From: a virus
Lineage: Duplodnaviria; Caudoviricetes
IMG/VR virus record: IMGVR_UViG_3300028591_000004
Location: 64,001 to 128,000 of that record
Strand: one strand, 5' to 3'
DNA length: 64,000 nt
Shown here: positions 7,331-18,056 of the stretch, piece by piece
Layout: every line of letters starts with the position of its first letter
Numbering within the stretch: position 1 is the first letter of the stretch
The notes under the pieces: generated by a model
Told to the model about the DNA's origin: nothing
What the model saw: only the letters and a program-made list of their open reading frames with translations
The model's database searches: none
Translations under genes and position numbers: made by a program

Positions 7331-9181
7331 ATGGATGCAATTTCTAGTGCTGTAATCGATCTGGCCGAAAAACACATTAAAGATTTTAGAATTAGGAACG
7401 GTCAGGTAATGGCAAAGCGTTGCCCTTTCTGTGGCGGCGGAATGAATAACGACTATGAAACTTTTGCAATTGGTTTGAGCAACGGCCTCTGGAATTGCAT
7501 GAGGGGTAGCTGCAAGAAAAAGAAAGGAAACTTCAAAGATCTGTGTGATTTCTTCGGAGAAACTCATTACGATATTGAAAGTTATGGACAGGTTGGTCAG
7601 ATGGTCACTAAAAAGAAGGCCTATGATAAGCCTGACGAAAACAAGTTCAACGAAGTAACTGAAGAAATCATTACTTATTTCGGAACTCGCAAGATCAGTG
7701 AACAGACAGTCCGGGAATGGAGAATCATGAGCGATGAAAAGGGCAATATTGTTTTTCCTTTTTATTGGGACGGAGTACTGACATATGTAAAATATCGTCT
7801 GCCTCGGAAAGTAAAAAAGGAAGAAAAGGTTGCCAAAGAATGGCAGATGGCTAATACCAAGCCCATTCTGTTCGGCATGGACAATGTGTCTTATAACAAG
7901 CCTCTCGTGATTTGTGAAGGTGAAATCGACGCTATGTCTCTGTACGAAGCAGGAGTAACGAATGTTGTATCCGTTCCCTGTGGATGTAACAACCTTGAAT
8001 GGGTTAATATCTGTTACGATTGGCTTGATCAGTTCAATCAGTTTATCCTGTTTGGAGATTCTGATGAACCCGGACAGGAAATGGTTTCTGTTCTGACCAA
8101 ACGGCTTGGCGAAGATCGCTGCATGATTCCCAGTGAATACCCTGAATTGGTCTACAAAGGCGAAGACTATGGACGTCTTTGCAAGGATGCTAATGAAATT
8201 CTCTATGCCTATGGACCAGAAGCTCTCAAGTCTCTCGTTGATGCTTGTGAACCTGCTCCTGTGAAGGGCATTCTGGATATCTCGTCTATTCCGTATATTG
8301 ATCCTACTACCATTCCGCGTATTATGACGAAGATTCCGGCTCTGGATCATGCTATCGGCGGATTCGCTGAAGGCGGAGTCACTGTAATCTCTGGTAATTC
8401 CGGAGAGGGTAAGTCTACAATTACCGGCAACATGCTTCTTAATGCTGTTGAACAGGGATATAAAGTTTGTGCGTATTCCGGAGAACTCAGCGCTCAGCAG
8501 TTCCTCGACTGGATTATGCATCAGGCAACCGAAAGCCGTTATATTGGGTACAAATACGATCAGCGTTCCGGTAAAAACGTAACATTTGTAAGCGAAACAA
8601 TTCAGCGTCGAATCAAGGACTGGCTGGCTGGAAAGTTCTTTCTCTATGATAATAACAATATCATGGAGACAAATCAGGGTGAAGCGGTCATTAAGATGTT
8701 TGAAATCTGTGCTCGTCGGTATGGATGCAAGCTTTTCCTTGCTGACAATCTCATGTGCATGACAGTCTCTCCGGAAGAAGAGAATCGTGCTCAGGCGAAA
8801 ATCAGTGCCCAACTAAAGGCATTTGCGACGAAGTATAAAGTCCATGTCATACTCGTTGCCCACCCGAGGAAGAGAAAGCCCGGAGAAGTGTTTTCTAACC
8901 AGGATATTTCCGGTTCTTCTGCTATCGGTAACCTCGCTGATACTGTTCTGAACATTGAAAGGCCTAACGTGCGTATTACGAAAAATCGGGCTTTCGGGAT
9001 TAAGGACCTGATCATTTGCACTTTCGATCCTTGTAACAGGAGAATTTTCCAGACCAGCACAAAGGATCGTATTGTTTACAGTTGGGATCATAGAGGAATC
9101 GAGCTTCCCGAAAATCCGGCGAACAAGCTTGAAGAGTTTGCGCTGCAGGGCGGCGGGGCTGAAGAAAAAGGTCCGTTCTAA
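7331..9181 (+). CDS. T7 gp4/Twinkle-like primase-helicase
   Basis: N-terminal CPFC Zn finger, TOPRIM (ICEGEIDAMS, GDSDEPG), Walker A GNSGEGKST, LVAHPRK, DISGSSAI. Confidence 0.92.
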   Translation: MDAISSAVIDLAEKHIKDFRIRNGQVMAKRCPFCGGGMNNDYETFAIGLSNGLWNCMRGSCKKKKGNFKDLCDFFGETHYDIESYGQVGQMVTKKKAYDKPDENKFNEVTEEIITYFGTRKISEQTVREWRIMSDEKGNIVFPFYWDGVLTYVKYRLPRKVKKEEKVAKEWQMANTKPILFGMDNVSYNKPLVICEGEIDAMSLYEAGVTNVVSVPCGCNNLEWVNICYDWLDQFNQFILFGDSDEPGQEMVSVLTKRLGEDRCMIPSEYPELVYKGEDYGRLCKDANEILYAYGPEALKSLVDACEPAPVKGILDISSIPYIDPTTIPRIMTKIPALDHAIGGFAEGGVTVISGNSGEGKSTITGNMLLNAVEQGYKVCAYSGELSAQQFLDWIMHQATESRYIGYKYDQRSGKNVTFVSETIQRRIKDWLAGKFFLYDNNNIMETNQGEAVIKMFEICARRYGCKLFLADNLMCMTVSPEEENRAQAKISAQLKAFATKYKVHVILVAHPRKRKPGEVFSNQDISGSSAIGNLADTVLNIERPNVRITKNRAFGIKDLIICTFDPCNRRIFQTSTKDRIVYSWDHRGIELPENPANKLEEFALQGGGAEEKGPF

Positions 9182-9192
9182 AGGAGTAAAAG

Positions 9193-9438
9193 ATGCATTT
9201 TGAACAAGTTAAATTCAGAACGTACATAGGTGAACCAGACGCAGAGCTGGGTGGAATTGCAATATACAAATACGACAATTTAGAGGGTGTCATCTGCGGT
9301 CTCTGCGGCAGATGGCACCCAGCAAAAGAAGTAAAAATTCTCAAACAGTATAGAGACTGGGTTGATCTTAGTGACATAATTGTCGAGTTCAACGAAGTAG
9401 AACTTGATGACAGTTGGTTCAAGGATGAAAATGAATGA
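9193..9438 (+). CDS. Hypothetical protein
   Basis: RBS AAGGAG; CxxC motif. Confidence 0.6.
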   Translation: MHFEQVKFRTYIGEPDAELGGIAIYKYDNLEGVICGLCGRWHPAKEVKILKQYRDWVDLSDIIVEFNEVELDDSWFKDENE

Positions 9439-9582
9439 AATACAATGCAATCATTACGATTGGTGTAGACCTGGCAAAAGCATTCGAGAAAATCGAAGAA
9501 GCTGAACAATGGCTTGATTCCATGAACGACGATTTAAAATATGCTTCTGTTATTCAGGAGCTGGACGATCATGGACACGTAA

Positions 9583-10638
9583 TTGATTCATTTAATTACA
9601 CAGAAAGGTAAGGTGGTGCCTTTGGGCTTAATAAAAGACAATCATGTATATTCCTACAGCCAGTTAAGTTCATTCGATGAATGTCCGTATTCTTTTTATC
9701 TTCAACGCATTGAGCGAGTAGATAACATTATGTCCAATGCGTTTTCAGAAAGAGGTTCTTTGATCCATGATCTTCTGGACAAATGGGCTAAAGGAATTCT
9801 AAAAAAAGAAGATATGAAAGAAGAATACATTCGGAGATACGCGGATGAAGTTGTGACAGCATTTCCTTCGGTGATGAGGGGATATGCTGAAAAAGCTTAT
9901 TATTCTGGAATAGATTTTCTTGAGAATTTTGATGAATTCGAGGGATATAAAGTAGAATCTGCTGAAGAAAAGTTTACAATCGATTTACCTCTGTGTGATG
10001 GCTCTACTCGAAAGTTCACAGGTATTATTGACCTTATTCTTCGGGAACAATGGACAAATGATCTCGTTATCTGCGATCACAAATCGAAGTCAATGGCTTC
10101 GTTTAAGAAATCAGAAAACGAAATGTACCGACAACAGCTTCTTTATTCTTTATATGTATATGAAAAGTACGGAGAATATCCTAAAACATTGATGTTCCAT
10201 CTCTTCGGAGAAAACGGAGAAAAACCGTTTCGAGCATTTGATCTTAAACAATTCAGAGAAACGCTTTCGTGGGCTTCAGACTGCATCCATAAGATAGAAG
10301 GATATACAGTACTCGACTGGCTGACAGACAAGGACAGCTCAGATTTTTATTGCCAGAATCTGTGCAACGTCAGAAAAAATTGCAATAAGAGTGTTGAAAA
10401 ACCATTAACAAAAAAGGAAAAAGAAGAGCTAAAAGCTCGTCGAGAAGTTGAGACGAATAAATCCTCATCCGAAAATAATGAGCCTGCAATAGAAGAAAAT
10501 GCACCTGTAGAAAAGAAAAACAAAGAAACCGTTAAAACAGTTCTTACTTGTGAAAACTGTGGAGCTCCTTATGAGCCCGGTAAGAGAAAATGTCCGCATT
10601 GTAAAACATGGTATAAAACAAGAAAGGTGTATGAATGA
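9583..10638 (+). CDS. PD-(D/E)XK (AddB/RecB-like) exonuclease
   Basis: YSYSQLSSFDECP, GIIDL, ICDHKS, QQLLY and a C-terminal Cys cluster; extra Zn-ribbon tail; true start probably slightly downstream. Confidence 0.85.
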   Translation: MIHLITQKGKVVPLGLIKDNHVYSYSQLSSFDECPYSFYLQRIERVDNIMSNAFSERGSLIHDLLDKWAKGILKKEDMKEEYIRRYADEVVTAFPSVMRGYAEKAYYSGIDFLENFDEFEGYKVESAEEKFTIDLPLCDGSTRKFTGIIDLILREQWTNDLVICDHKSKSMASFKKSENEMYRQQLLYSLYVYEKYGEYPKTLMFHLFGENGEKPFRAFDLKQFRETLSWASDCIHKIEGYTVLDWLTDKDSSDFYCQNLCNVRKNCNKSVEKPLTKKEKEELKARREVETNKSSSENNEPAIEENAPVEKKNKETVKTVLTCENCGAPYEPGKRKCPHCKTWYKTRKVYE

Positions 10639-10857
10639 AGGCATACAAAGAACCTACACTGAGAAAAGCTTGCAGTAATGTAATGAACGAATGGAAATAT
10701 ATGGCTAATGTCGCTGTTTTAATTCGAGAAAATCGTTGCAGTTCTGATTTCATTGATGAAAACAAGCCTAAATTTACAGGTATCTATAAACGCTTATTAG
10801 AAGATCCGATTGAAGAAGTAATACGAGAAGCAAAACAAAACTAAAAGGAGATCAAAT

Positions 10858-11937
10858 ATGAAACAGGGACGAACATTGACAGAACTGGCAATGGAACTTG
10901 AGCGTCAACGAACAGCTAAAAAGGATTATCTTCTTGATACCAGAAACATGCACATGGATGCCTATGAGAACAACGCTCAGCTTAGTTTAACAAACGACAG
11001 CACGGGAGAGGTTCTGATTCTGAATGTAAACGAAATTGCGCATAATCAAATCGGGGCCAATCTTGGAATCCCTTCAAAGTATTATGACAAGATGCGGTAT
11101 GAAAATCCGGATTTGTTGGCCGCGAATGTAAATAGCTGGTTTGAAAGAGAACCGAAGAGAAGGATGATCCGTACGCTGGACGGAACAGCCAGAGCTTTTC
11201 TGAGCGATCGATATCGTCGAATTGACAATTTTGAAATTGCTCAGACGGTTCTTCCGATTATTGCAGAAATGCCTGAAGCAAAAATTGAGTCTTGCGAAAT
11301 CACAGACGAACGACTTTATATCAAGGTTGTAAATCCGCGTTTGACTACGGAAGTTGTTCCAGGAGATGTGGTCCAATCTGGAATGATGATTACCAACAGT
11401 GAAGTTGGTCTTGGTTCAATGACAATCCAGCCGCTTGTCTATCGACTCGTTTGTACAAACGGCATGGTTGTCAATGATGCAAAAACCAGAAAATATCACG
11501 TCGGAAGAGGGAATGAAGCAGCTGAAGATTATACAATCTACAGCGACGAAACTCTGATGGCCGACGACAGAGCGTTAATGCTGAAAGTGCAGGATTCTGT
11601 ACGGGCTGTAGTAGACCAGACAAGGTTTGAAAAGGTTGTCGATAAAATGCGCCAGGCAAAAGGCGCAAAAATCCTTACTTCGAATATTCCTGCAATGGTA
11701 GAACTCGGGGCCGCCGACTTCGGTTATACAAAGAAGGAAGGCGAAGGCATTCTGGATTATTTGATTCGTGGTGGCGACCTCAGCCTGTATGGATTCGCAA
11801 ACGCAACAACTCGTTATGCACAGGACGTTGCCAGCTACGACAGGTCTACTGCACTTGAAAGCGTAGGATACAGCATTCTCGGTATGAGTTCTGCGCAATG
11901 GAACAAGCTGAATGCAGTAGAAAGGGTTGCAGCGTGA
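10858..11937 (+). CDS. DUF932-family phage protein
   Basis: ARAFLSDRYRRIDN, NSEVGLGS, RLVCTNGM. Confidence 0.75.
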   Translation: MKQGRTLTELAMELERQRTAKKDYLLDTRNMHMDAYENNAQLSLTNDSTGEVLILNVNEIAHNQIGANLGIPSKYYDKMRYENPDLLAANVNSWFEREPKRRMIRTLDGTARAFLSDRYRRIDNFEIAQTVLPIIAEMPEAKIESCEITDERLYIKVVNPRLTTEVVPGDVVQSGMMITNSEVGLGSMTIQPLVYRLVCTNGMVVNDAKTRKYHVGRGNEAAEDYTIYSDETLMADDRALMLKVQDSVRAVVDQTRFEKVVDKMRQAKGAKILTSNIPAMVELGAADFGYTKKEGEGILDYLIRGGDLSLYGFANATTRYAQDVASYDRSTALESVGYSILGMSSAQWNKLNAVERVAA

Positions 11938-12203
11938 ATATAATAAAATCACTTCATACGGCTCTCGGAGATTTAAAGATCTCCGAGAGTCCATTTTCAT
12001 CAGGCGATTATCCTGGATATGCGTTATCGATACAAATCGACAATGAGGAATATGAATTTGCTTTGATTGAAGTAGACAATCAGACTGAAGAATTAAAGAT
12101 TCACATCTGGGATGGATATCAGGACGATCCATGTTTTACATTAAATCAAAATAAAGAAAGAATCATTGGTGGAGAATTTCGGTAAAAGAAAGGATGATGC
12201 GGA

Positions 12204-15200
12204 TTGCTGGACTATGAACCGTATCATGTCCATACTTGCTACTCCAATTGTTTGACACAGCCTGACTCAACAATGTTCATTAAAGATTATGCAAAAGAAT
12301 TCAAAAAAAGAGGACATAAGGTCTTATGCATATCTGAACACGGAAATCGTTCCAATGTCTGGGAACAGTTTGATATCTGTCAGGCTTTTAAAAACGACAA
12401 GAATGATCCTTACGACATGACACCGCTGGCTGCGGCTGAAGTTTATTTTGTACCGGACAGACTTGCCGAAATTGAAGGGAAAAAAGATAAAAGAAACTTT
12501 CACTTAATATTGGTTGCTAAAGATATGGAAGGCTTCTATCAATTAAACGAAGCTATATCTGAAGCAAATTTGACAGGATTTTATAGTCGAGCCAGAGTGG
12601 ACTTTGATATACTGGGTCGATTGGATTATAAGCATTTCTTATGCACGACAGCTTGTGTTGCCGGAATATGTTCAGACCCTGATTATGAACGACTGGCCTG
12701 TCAGTTGCATGAAATATTCAAAGAAAACTTCTATCTCGAAATTCAGGATCATCCTCAAAAGATTCAGGTAGAAACAAATATGAAGATTCTGAGGCTGTAC
12801 GGTAAATACCGATGGCCTTTAATCTTTGGAACGGACAGTCATTACATCAATAAAGAAGATAAAGAATTAAGAAAAGAACTTCTGTTATCGGCTAAAATAA
12901 ATTATGGCGATGAAGACGAATTTATTCTGGACCTTCCAACGGCTGATGAAGCATTCAGGAGATTGCAGGATCAAGGCGTTTTTGTAAGAGCACGTATAGA
13001 AGAAGCAATGGAAAACACTCTCATCTTGAGAGAGTTTGAAGGTGTCCATTTCACAAACGAAAAAAAGATTCCGAATTCATATTCTAATTTACCGTTAGAT
13101 CGAAGAAATTATCTATACAAAAAAACGGTATGCGATGAATACATAAAGAAAGATGGAATGCCAAACAAGGAAGAAGCGGCTGAGCTTCACGCCGAAATGG
13201 ACACGATTACAAGCACTGGAACAGCTGATTATTTCCTTATCATGAAACAGATTGTGGATAAGGGAATTGAATATGGAGGAGTTTTAACAAAAACAGGCAG
13301 AGGATCTGGCGCATCATTTGCTACAAATTACGCACTTGGATTCAGCTCGATTAATCGTCTTCATTGTCCGGTAAAGATGCTTCCAGAAAGATTTATTTCT
13401 GCCGATCGGTTAGCGAACGGATTGCCTGATCTGGATTTAAACATGGCAAACGTACCGGCCTTTGAAAAAGCTGCCAAGGAAATACTCGGCGAGTATGGAT
13501 GCCTTCCAATGATTGCATTTGGCACAGTGAAAACTTTATCTGCCTTTAAATTACTGACAAGAGCAAGAGATATTGATTTTGAAATTTCAAATACAGTCTC
13601 AAAGCAAATTCAAAACTATGAATTAGACGTTAAACATGCAATTGAAAATAATTCAGATGATCCAGATTATGATGTAGATGACGATATTCAAATCGAATCT
13701 TATGTAGAAGAGCAATATCTCGGACTTGTTGAAGATTCAAAACAATATAAAGGTATTGTAACTAGTATTTCTCCTCATCCATGTGCGCATATACTTCTTG
13801 ATAGAGATCTTAGAAGGGAAATTGGAGTAATACAGGTAAAATCGAAAAGCGGTAATAAACCAGCTGTATACGCAGCTTATATCGACGGTCGTACAGCAGA
13901 TGCCTATAATTACCTTAAAGCTGATTTCTTAAGGGTAGATGTAGTCAAAATCATTGCAGAAACATACAAATTGGCAGGACTACCTGTTATGACTGTAGAC
14001 GAATTACTTGCTGCTATTAAAAACGATCAGCAAGTATGGGATCTGTATGCAAATGGATTTACACAAGGACTGAATCAGTGTGAAAGAGAAGCATCTACAA
14101 AAAAATGCATGCAATATAAGCCAAAGAACGTTGAAGAACTAACAGCTTTTATTGCCGGAATCAGACCTGGTTTCAAATCCATGATCAATATTTTTCTGGC
14201 TAGAGATCACTTTGAGTATGGGATCCCTTCGCTGGATAATCTTTTGAAAACAAAAGCTATTCCGGATTCTTTTCTGGAATTTGACGAACAGATATTACAG
14301 ATTTTGAAGGCGGCTGGAATTCCTGGACCAGAAGCATACGCGACAACAAAGGCCATAAAGAAAAAAAAAGTAGAAAAAGTTGCGGCCGAAAAGGAGAAAT
14401 TTAAAGCAGGATTTACTACATTGTTAATGGAAACCGAGGGCGCTTCGGAAAAGAAGGCGCACGAGGTCGTAGAACAGATATGGACAATTATCGAAAATGC
14501 AGCAAATTATATGTTTTGTGCTGCGCATGCATTTTCTATGGCCTGCGACAGTCTTTACTGCGCATGGCTGAAAGTCCATTATCCATATGAACTCTATGTG
14601 ACTATGTTAAAACTTTATGATGAGAAGAAAAATACGGATAAAATTTCTGCTATAATCTCTGAAATGAAACGTTATAAGGACATAAAACTTTTAGCCGGGA
14701 AATGGAGACAGGACAACAGAGACTGGACTGTAGATAAAGAAAATCAAACAATCAGTCAGAGCCTGTCTTCAATAAGATTTATGTCCAAGGTCGCAGCCGA
14801 GGATTTATACAACCTTGGAAATCAAAAAGAAGCCGAAATGGGTATCGAGTATGTTTCGGCTACACTGAACAAAGAAGGAAAAGCGCAGAAAAAAGCTTTA
14901 ACTTCACTCTTAAAACAACCTATTAGCAACGATAAGCTTGACGATATAAGAAAGCAGTTGGATGAGCTGATAACAAAGCCTGAATATCTTGAAAGAGAAG
15001 CTGCTGAAATACATCATAAAGCAGAGCTTAATTGTTTCACGAATGTTTTAAGAGCTCTTCAAATGCAGACGTGTCTGGATACTCGCCAGATAAAGATTCT
15101 GATAGAGCTTGGTTACTTCGAAGAATTTGGCGGAAGCGGAAAACTTATGAAAGTTTACAACGAATTCTTTGAAGGTAAAAACAAGCTTACAAAATCCATC

Positions 15201-15599
15201 AAATCTTTTAATGAACGGCTGGACAGTATCCGAAATTTTGAAAGTTCTATTTCCGATGAAGAACTTTCAATACAGGAAAAATTAACATCCGAACAAGAAA
15301 ACATCGGACTATGTTTGTCAATCGATCCTGAAGCAAATCCAAGTACTTATTTTGTCAGGGCCGTTGACGAAAAATGGGGAACTACTGTAACCCTATATTC
15401 AATTAGCAATGGGAGAAGTGGAAACGTTCGCTTCAGAAAGGACGACATCCGCAAGAAACCTGTTGTTCCGAATCAAATCATCAAAATACTTGAAGGAAAC
15501 AGGTCGCCTCGGTATACTTATAAAGGAGGCCAGAGGGCGATTATTCCCGGAGAGAAAGAATATTGGGTTAAACAGTATTCAATTGTTAAACTGAATTAA
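12204..15599 (+). CDS. dnaE: DNA polymerase III alpha subunit (DnaE-like, with PHP domain)
   Basis: PHP motifs HVHT, SEHG, TDSHY; GRGSG; PDLDL catalytic motif; KADFL; FCAAHA. Confidence 0.92.
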   Translation: MLDYEPYHVHTCYSNCLTQPDSTMFIKDYAKEFKKRGHKVLCISEHGNRSNVWEQFDICQAFKNDKNDPYDMTPLAAAEVYFVPDRLAEIEGKKDKRNFHLILVAKDMEGFYQLNEAISEANLTGFYSRARVDFDILGRLDYKHFLCTTACVAGICSDPDYERLACQLHEIFKENFYLEIQDHPQKIQVETNMKILRLYGKYRWPLIFGTDSHYINKEDKELRKELLLSAKINYGDEDEFILDLPTADEAFRRLQDQGVFVRARIEEAMENTLILREFEGVHFTNEKKIPNSYSNLPLDRRNYLYKKTVCDEYIKKDGMPNKEEAAELHAEMDTITSTGTADYFLIMKQIVDKGIEYGGVLTKTGRGSGASFATNYALGFSSINRLHCPVKMLPERFISADRLANGLPDLDLNMANVPAFEKAAKEILGEYGCLPMIAFGTVKTLSAFKLLTRARDIDFEISNTVSKQIQNYELDVKHAIENNSDDPDYDVDDDIQIESYVEEQYLGLVEDSKQYKGIVTSISPHPCAHILLDRDLRREIGVIQVKSKSGNKPAVYAAYIDGRTADAYNYLKADFLRVDVVKIIAETYKLAGLPVMTVDELLAAIKNDQQVWDLYANGFTQGLNQCEREASTKKCMQYKPKNVEELTAFIAGIRPGFKSMINIFLARDHFEYGIPSLDNLLKTKAIPDSFLEFDEQILQILKAAGIPGPEAYATTKAIKKKKVEKVAAEKEKFKAGFTTLLMETEGASEKKAHEVVEQIWTIIENAANYMFCAAHAFSMACDSLYCAWLKVHYPYELYVTMLKLYDEKKNTDKISAIISEMKRYKDIKLLAGKWRQDNRDWTVDKENQTISQSLSSIRFMSKVAAEDLYNLGNQKEAEMGIEYVSATLNKEGKAQKKALTSLLKQPISNDKLDDIRKQLDELITKPEYLEREAAEIHHKAELNCFTNVLRALQMQTCLDTRQIKILIELGYFEEFGGSGKLMKVYNEFFEGKNKLTKSIKSFNERLDSIRNFESSISDEELSIQEKLTSEQENIGLCLSIDPEANPSTYFVRAVDEKWGTTVTLYSISNGRSGNVRFRKDDIRKKPVVPNQIIKILEGNRSPRYTYKGGQRAIIPGEKEYWVKQYSIVKLN

Positions 15600-15631
15600 A
15601 CTACTCCCAATAGAAACTATAGGAGAAAGCG

Positions 15632-15970
15632 ATGAAATATATATTTAGCATGCCAGGGTTCTTTGAAGGCGTGACAAATCATTATGACGAAAGCGGCCGT
15701 CTTGTAGGCTATACACAGGATGGAGTTTTCGATGGAGTCGAAGAACACTTTGATACAGCAGGACATGAAGTAGGTTTTTCTACAGATGGAACACTCGCAG
15801 ATAAAGTTCATTTTGACTCTACTGGAAATTATGCAGGATTTTCAATGGACGGTTTACTTGACTTTGATGAACATTTCAACAGTTCAGGAGGCTATGAAGG
15901 CTTTTCTGGGGAAGGTCTTGCAGCAGACACTAGCAGTTTCTTTATGGATGACGGATTCATTGACTTTTAA
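15632..15970 (+). CDS. Highly acidic small repeat protein
   Basis: Four H(Y/F)(D/N)xxGxxxG(Y/F) repeats; D/E-rich; RBS AGGAG. Confidence 0.7.
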   Translation: MKYIFSMPGFFEGVTNHYDESGRLVGYTQDGVFDGVEEHFDTAGHEVGFSTDGTLADKVHFDSTGNYAGFSMDGLLDFDEHFNSSGGYEGFSGEGLAADTSSFFMDDGFIDF

Positions 15971-16029
15971 CACGAAAAAATAATAGGGAGTAGAAAGCCG
16001 ACAAGGCTTTATATCCTATTATTTGGAGT

Positions 16030-16434
16030 GTGATTCTCATGGCTTATACATTACCCGTGAATTTTGTGAAAGTAAGTGTTGGACGCAGTGACAACAAACA
16101 GTCGGATGTGGCTGTTTGCATTACAAGAATAGTAGCAATGATGTCCACTGAAATATATCAGGCAAGAAAGACAGTCGCGGCTGAGAAAAAAGCAGGAACT
16201 TTAATCAATGCAGCTGGAATTGAAAAAACAAAAACAGCTATATTTTTAGATAATGGTTCTGTAATTGCATCGCCCCTGTCTGTGAACAGACTTCTTACGC
16301 AGATTCACAAAGCAAATGTTAAAGCAGATGCTTATATTACAAATAAGATAAAGGTTTTCGATGTTCCACACCACGAAGAAGAAACAGAAGATTACGAAGA
16401 TTTATACGACGAAGAAGACGACGACGAATACTAA
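16030..16434 (+). CDS. RemA/DUF370-like regulator with acidic tail
   Basis: RIVAMMS..GTLINAAG..KTKTAIFLDNGSVIAS resembles the RemA pattern RIVAI..LIDAT.G..TRAVII.D. Confidence 0.6.
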   Translation: MILMAYTLPVNFVKVSVGRSDNKQSDVAVCITRIVAMMSTEIYQARKTVAAEKKAGTLINAAGIEKTKTAIFLDNGSVIASPLSVNRLLTQIHKANVKADAYITNKIKVFDVPHHEEETEDYEDLYDEEDDDEY

Positions 16435-16611
16435 GAAGCTTTCTCCAATCCTTCTCGGATGGCAAGCCATCCGACTCATACCTCGAGAGATCCAAAGACG
16501 ACCAACTAATCCCACCAAAACCACTCAATTCACAAATTGGTTGTGTTGGATCTTTCAGATTAAACCCATTTCATTTTATAAGGGGTTAATAAAATAAAAG
16601 GAGTTGATGGA

Positions 16612-16830
16612 ATGGAAAAAGAATTCTACGGCGATGAAACACAGAACGACTTAATGCGAATGATCGGACAAAGCAAAGGAGAAGAATTGAACATGACTGA
16701 TTTTGAAGCCCGAATTAAGGAACTGGATGCAGAGATCGAATCTTATCGTAGTGCTGCACAGGACGCTGAAGCCGCTCTTGATTCCGCCGAGAAAGAACTG
16801 AATGAAGTTCTTGACGAACTTCCTTACTGA
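16612..16830 (+). CDS. Acidic coiled-coil hypothetical protein
   Basis: RBS AAGGAG; followed by a terminator. Confidence 0.6.
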   Translation: MEKEFYGDETQNDLMRMIGQSKGEELNMTDFEARIKELDAEIESYRSAAQDAEAALDSAEKELNEVLDELPY

Positions 16831-16841
16831 TCGGTAGCCCT

Positions 16842-16877
16842 GAGCGGTCGAGCTGAAAAGCTCGGCCGCTCTTTTTT
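16842..16877 (+). terminator. Intrinsic terminator
   Basis: GAGCGGTCGAGCT-gaaa-AGCTCGGCCGCTC-TTTTTT. Confidence 0.85.
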
Positions 16878-17099
16878 AATTAAGTAAAGGAGTGAGTGCT
16901 TTGAGTGCGACATTAGACTTGTCTGGTTCTTTACACGGTTGGGTATGTTCAAACTGTCATCAATTATATGATGCTTTATGGAGACCGATAGAAAAGGAAA
17001 AAGCGTGGATTCCATCTCCGGTGTTCAACTGGGTTGCTGACAAACCGACATTCCATTTCTGTTGTCATTGTGGTGCGGATTTCACTGGGGGACTTGATA

Positions 17100-17555
17100 A
17101 TGGAAAGACTTGTCCGGAATGAAATGAATACACTGAAGAGATTCGCTGCTGCGTTCAGTGAATTTCTGTTTGCAAAAGACGAATTAACTAACCGTTTAAA
17201 GACAATTCAGGACGGAGAACAGAGACTGGATGAAATCATAGAAAAGACAGATTCCCTGTTCGCAGAAATATTGGAAACTGCTCCGGAGAATCAAATAAAA
17301 CAATTAAAGAATACATTATCTGATTATCGTTTTGAGCTTATACCTAAACTTCATCCGGGATCTACAAACATAATAATGACTAAAGATCAGGCAAAAGAGT
17401 TAGTGAATTTAGCTCAGGAAAAATGTAAGACTTGCATAGAGTATGCAAACGACGCTCAAAACTGTTCGATATACAAATTACTGGAAAAGACAGCCTTGCC
17501 TGATCATTATGATACGATAATTTGTCCATATTCATTAGCCGAATGGGCAGATTAA
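17100..17555 (+). CDS. Hypothetical protein with C-terminal Cys cluster
   Basis: Start MERL; CKTC..C..CPY. Confidence 0.6.
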   Translation: MERLVRNEMNTLKRFAAAFSEFLFAKDELTNRLKTIQDGEQRLDEIIEKTDSLFAEILETAPENQIKQLKNTLSDYRFELIPKLHPGSTNIIMTKDQAKELVNLAQEKCKTCIEYANDAQNCSIYKLLEKTALPDHYDTIICPYSLAEWAD

Positions 17556-17564
17556 GGAGGCCGT

Positions 17565-18056
17565 ATGAAAATTCTCGCAATAGATCCAGGAGATGTATAT
17601 AGCGCATATTGTGTTATGGACAGCGAATACAATATAACTGAATTTAAAAAAGACGAAAACAAAGCCATCATGAAAAAGATGATTGATTGGCTAGATTATA
17701 TAGATGCTGTAATTATTGAACGAATTGCAAACATGGGAATGCCTGCGGGTCAAACACTATTCCAAACAGCAGAATGGATAGGCCGGTTCTCTCAGGAGGC
17801 TGAAAAAAAAGTTCCTGTGTTTTATATTTTCAGAAGAGACGAGAAACTATATATATGCGGTAGTCCAAGAGCAAAAGACACAAACATTCGCGCTTCTTTA
17901 ATCGAACGTTTTGCGAAGTTCGATAAAATAAACGGAAAAGGAACAAAGAAAAATCCGGATGTGTTCTATGGTGTTACGAAAGATTGTTGGGCGGCTATTG
18001 CTGTTGCGGTAACATATTTGGACATGGAAAAAGAAAAGGAGGACGATTATGCTTAA
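17565..18056 (+). CDS. RuvC-like Holliday junction resolvase
   Basis: MKILAIDPG, VIIERI, DCWAAIAVA. Confidence 0.75.
   Translation: MKILAIDPGDVYSAYCVMDSEYNITEFKKDENKAIMKKMIDWLDYIDAVIIERIANMGMPAGQTLFQTAEWIGRFSQEAEKKVPVFYIFRRDEKLYICGSPRAKDTNIRASLIERFAKFDKINGKGTKKNPDVFYGVTKDCWAAIAVAVTYLDMEKEKEDDYA

Noticed and set aside
7304-8812. 502-aa minus-strand ORF
   Set aside because: Antisense shadow of the primase-helicase gene with no recognisable motifs.
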